Shown here one piece after another: positions 59,680 through 64,000 of a stretch of 64,000 bases of DNA; positions within the stretch are counted from its first letter, which is position 1, and each line of letters begins with the position of its first letter. The notes beneath the pieces were generated by a model, which was not told the DNA's origin, did not search any database, and saw nothing but the letters and a program-made list of their open reading frames with translations. The translations under genes were made by a program, and so were the position numbers. This stretch comes from Eledone cirrhosa (lineage: Eukaryota), in contig OZ024763.1 in assembly GCA_964016885.1 (NCBI GenBank), positions 12,400,001 to 12,464,000 on the forward strand, in the 5' to 3' direction.

Positions 59680-59879
59680 NNNNNNNNNNNNNNNNNNNNN
59701 NNNNNNNNNNNNNNNNNNNNNNNNNNNNNNNNNNNNNNNNNNNNNNNNNNNNNNNNNNNNNNNNNNNNNNNNNNNNNNNNNNNNNNNNNNNNNNNNNNNN
59801 NNNNNNNNNNNNNNNNNNNNNNNNNNNNNNNNNNNNNNNNNNNNNNNNNNNNNNNNNNNNNNNNNNNNNNNNNNNNNNN
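59680..59879. other. Assembly gap (200 N)
   Basis: Run of N. Confidence 0.99.
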
Positions 59880-60164
59880 ATGTTATTAATAATTAGGTGT
59901 TAAAATGCGTGAAAAAACAAATATTTGTTGCTACTTTTGGCACAAGACCAGCAATTATCCCAGAGCATTACTGGTACTTTATTTATCGACCCCGTAAGGA
60001 TGAAAGGCAAAGTTAATATTGCCACGAAAAAAACCATAAAAAAGTCGTGGGAGATATTTACGTTTCCGCGAATATGCGGTGGTTTCCATGAACAATTATT
60101 AGTTAGGTTCTAAGGAAAATTTCGTGAATAACCGGGACCGCGATTAAGCGGGTAGACTGTAGCC

Positions 60165-60425
60165 TCAGTCTGTACAAATAGCCGTAAAATCTCTAGAAAT
60201 AGCCTCAATCTGCAGAAATAGCGACAATCTGTACAAATAGCCGTAAAATCTGTAGAAATAGCCACAATCTGTACAAATAGCCGTAAAATCTGTAGAAATA
60301 GCCACAATCTGTAGAAATAGCCACAATCTGTACAAATAGCCGTAAAATCTGGAGAAATAGCTACAATCTGTAGAAATAGCCACAATCTGTACAAATAGCC
60401 GTAAAATCTGTAGAAGTAGCCGTAG
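60165..60425. repeat. About 19-20-bp minisatellite
   Basis: AATCTGTAxAAATAGCC repeats. Confidence 0.85.
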
Positions 60426-60615
60426 AATGTTATCTAATGTGTGCAAGAGATTAAAGAAATCATGTGTAAAAACAACAGAAAAATAAATAATTTATCTTTA
60501 CTAAAATCCAGAATTTATTTCTCGGCGAGGCTTAGCACGTATTGATGTAGTCCGTACAATTTAAGTCAATTTAGACACAGATTAACTATATAGCAGATTA
60601 ATTTCTACATTAATC

Positions 60616-60671
<56 letters not shown>

Positions 60672-60682
60672 CATAAATACAT

Positions 60683-60716
<34 letters not shown>

Positions 60717-60843
60717 TTATACATGTATGCATAAATACATACACACACACACATATATATATATATACATACATACATACATATATATAAATAAATATAT
60801 ATGAATATATTTATATATATGTGTGTGTGTGCATCTATCTCTC

Positions 60844-60919
<76 letters not shown>

Positions 60920-61045
60920 CGTATGTATATCCACACACATATATATATAACTGTACAATTACCTCCTCTCTCTCTCTCTGTCTCTGTCTCTGTGTGTGTA
61001 TATATGTATGCGTGTGTTTGTGTGTGCGTGTGTGTATGTGTGTGT

Positions 61046-61076
<31 letters not shown>

Positions 61077-61394
61077 CGTGGGTATGTGTGTATGTGTGTG
61101 CGTGTGTGTATGTGTGTGTGTGTGAGTGTGTGAGTGTGTGCGTGGGTATGTGTGTATATGTGTGTGCGCGTGTATAATTTTGAAAATAATAACGAATTTG
61201 GAAAGACATTCTCTCCGACGCCGCCATTCTCTGCGTTTGAAGGAAACCTAGGAAGAGGATTATCTAATGAGACCTGTCCTTCCTTTTGTTAAGACGGCAA
61301 GGTTGATTTGGCAGGAATCTGGCTGCTATTTCTAACAAATCAAATGTCACAACACACTTTGTCTCTCTCACGTCCCCAGCCCGTTTACCTGCGA

Positions 61395-61805
61395 AATTAG
61401 GGGTTACACATACACCCCCAGCCCTCGGGTGATGCTACTTTACACGGTAACAGCGAGTGAAATTAGGGGTTTCACATTCACCCCCAGCCCTCGGGTGATG
61501 CTACTTTACACGGTAACAGCGAGTGAAATTAGGGGTTTCACATTCACCCCCAGCCCTCGGGTGATGCTACTTTACACGGTAACAGCGAGTGAAATTAGGG
61601 GTTTCACATTCACTCCCAGCCCTCGGGTGATGCTACTTTACACGGTAACAGCGAGCGAAATTAGGGGTTACACATTCAACCCCAGCCCTCGGGTGATGCT
61701 ACTTTACACGGTAACAGCGAGTGAAATTAGGGGTTACACTCGGGCCTCTCACCACCCAAGGGATGCTACTTTACGCGCTAACCGCGAGTGAAATTAGGGG
61801 TTACG
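61395..61805. repeat. 69-bp minisatellite
   Basis: GTGATGCTACTTTACACGGTAACAGCGAGTGAAATTAGGGG... repeated about 6 times. Confidence 0.9.
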
Positions 61806-61900
61806 CTCAGGACTTCACCCCAGGGGTAGCAGGAAGGAAGATAAATGGTGGCTGGGTGTGGCTGCTGGTGACATCTACCCCTCCCCTGACGAGAACACAT

Positions 61901-61947
<47 letters not shown>

Positions 61948-62567
61948 CACATACAAAGCAGAGTATAAATATTTAATGTAGACGGCCTCTACTGGACTAG
62001 AACTGTTTCATTCCAGAGAAATCATCAGGGCTTCTTGATGTAGTTACCCCCGAATTAACGCGGCATAAACTTATATAATCACATATATATTTTCCAACAT
62101 TCTAGCAATCATTCCTCCACTCAACACAACCACCACCACCACCATCACACCACCGCCAACACAACCACCACCACCAGCATCCCCACCACACCACCACCAC
62201 AATCACCAGCATACCACCACCACAACCACCACCACCACAACCACCACCAACACAACCACTACCACCACCATCACACCACCGCCAACACAACCACCACCAC
62301 CAACACAACCACCACCAACACAACCACCATCACCACCACCACCACCACCACCATCAACACAACCACTACCAACACAACCACTACCAACACAACCACCACC
62401 AACACAACCACCATCACCACCATACCACCACCATCACCACTATACCAACACAACCACCATCACCAACACAGTCACCACCACCACCACCCAACAAACTTTC
62501 GTTAATGTATTCTCTGTCAAACAGTCTGTCCCTCATTCTCTCACTCTCTCATCCACTATCTATCTAC

Positions 62568-62635
<68 letters not shown>

Positions 62636-62648
62636 CCTACTCTCTCAT

Positions 62649-62687
<39 letters not shown>

Positions 62688-62738
62688 TATTATTATTCAA
62701 AATATTAATAAATGAATAATATTCTCATAATCAAAATA

Positions 62739-62805
62739 TATATTTTATTATACGTATTTCAAAGGTACAATGGTGTTTAAGTACGTTTTCATCAGATAAA
62801 ATATA
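62739..62805 (-). ncRNA. Minimal type I hammerhead ribozyme
   Basis: Minus strand reads TATATTTTAT-CTGATGA-AAACGTAC(loop)GTACCTTT-GAAA-TACGTA-TA^-ATAAAATATA. This gives a 10-bp stem I, a stem II and a palindromic stem III. Confidence 0.75.
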
Positions 62806-63317
62806 AGATTTGATATGCGACATACCGCTACGGTCTTGAAGTTACTGTAGGTTCACCCAGGTGAGCACTCGATGTCTAGGTTCACGTCAGTAGCGAGGTG
62901 TAGAGCTAGGCAGAGTGTAATATAGTAATAAAAGGGCGATTTGTTAAGCCTTCATTACGTTTATTGATTGGTGACGCGCGTTTCGCTATTGATCAGCTCA
63001 AGGTTCGATCAGTATCGATCTGGCCTGACTCTAGAATGAAAAGCGCGTTGGACTACTGTTGTGGTAATGACAAGAAAATAAAACAAAAGTTAAAGATAGG
63101 TTCTTAATTAGTTCAGTGTTTTACGTTCGTTTCAGAGTGTTGACTAATCACGGTGGATTAATATATTGACCAGCAAGTAGTGGTTATGTCTACCTATTTC
63201 TAGTCTTGAAATCCCTGATGAATCAACTTTCTGAAACGGTCGTAAAACAATGAAATCATTAAGAACCTATATTCGACTTTTGTTTTATTTTCATTGTTCA
63301 ACACACACACACACACG

Positions 63318-63358
<41 letters not shown>

Positions 63359-63605
63359 CCACACACCTTCACACACACACACGTGTGTGTGTGTGTGTGT
63401 GTAAGTGGTTAGAGAACTGGATTCGCAATCGTGAAGCTGTGACTTCGATTCCCGAACCGTGTGATGCGTTAAGTCCTTGAGCAAGACACTTTATTTCACG
63501 TTGCTCCTTCTACCTGGAGTTGCGACCGATAGATAGTATTAGCAATTGGCAAGACCAATGGAAACATTGTTTCATCGGTCCATTTCGACGAAAGTCGATC
63601 GACTG

Positions 63606-63669
<64 letters not shown>

Positions 63670-64000
63670 TGGTACTTTATTTCATGGAGCCTAGTATAAG
63701 AATGAATGGTAATGTTGAGCTGAGAACATAGAGAAGCGTGAAAAATGCCTTACCTGATCATTGGTAGCAACGAGAAGGGTGGCCTTTAGCCCTGGGTTGT
63801 AAAGGTGGGCTGTTACTAACCACACCCCTTGCTTCTGGGCTAAAACGAAAACAAAAAAATATAAGTACGGGGCTGACAACCCCAAACAGTGGCTAAATCT
63901 GATAAACCTCACCTTTAATTAGTGCTGATTGACACACTATTGCCCCAGGGGGATAGGAGATATAGGGAACACATATGACCACACCCATTTAATATCATAC

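Overview
This is AT-rich, repeat-dense animal genomic DNA, not prokaryotic. The repeat landscape is compatible with a mollusc, probably an octopod cephalopod (inference). It holds the middle and 3' part of one + strand AUTS2/FBRSL1/tay-family gene. I reconstructed 12 GT-AG exons from 11867 to the stop at 54948; their phases chain into one open frame of 4653 nt (about 1550 aa). The frame carries the family motifs HX repeat, GAFQPK, GKWCAxHVxxAWxIYHHQQK and WNRLHxTPxSFPTPP; I found no 5' exons in this window. Introns contain tRNA-derived SINEs, TTAA and TA MITEs, RTE-LINE fragments, a probable Helitron and more than 20 minisatellites, and there is a 200-N gap at 59680-59879. Almost all long ORFs in the supplied track are repeat artefacts. 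The most interesting signal is a set of short elements next to (TA)n tracts, often fold-back, that carry minimal type I hammerhead ribozymes. Four can be folded completely by eye and two of these covary. All the intact intronic copies are antisense to the AUTS2 pre-mRNA.
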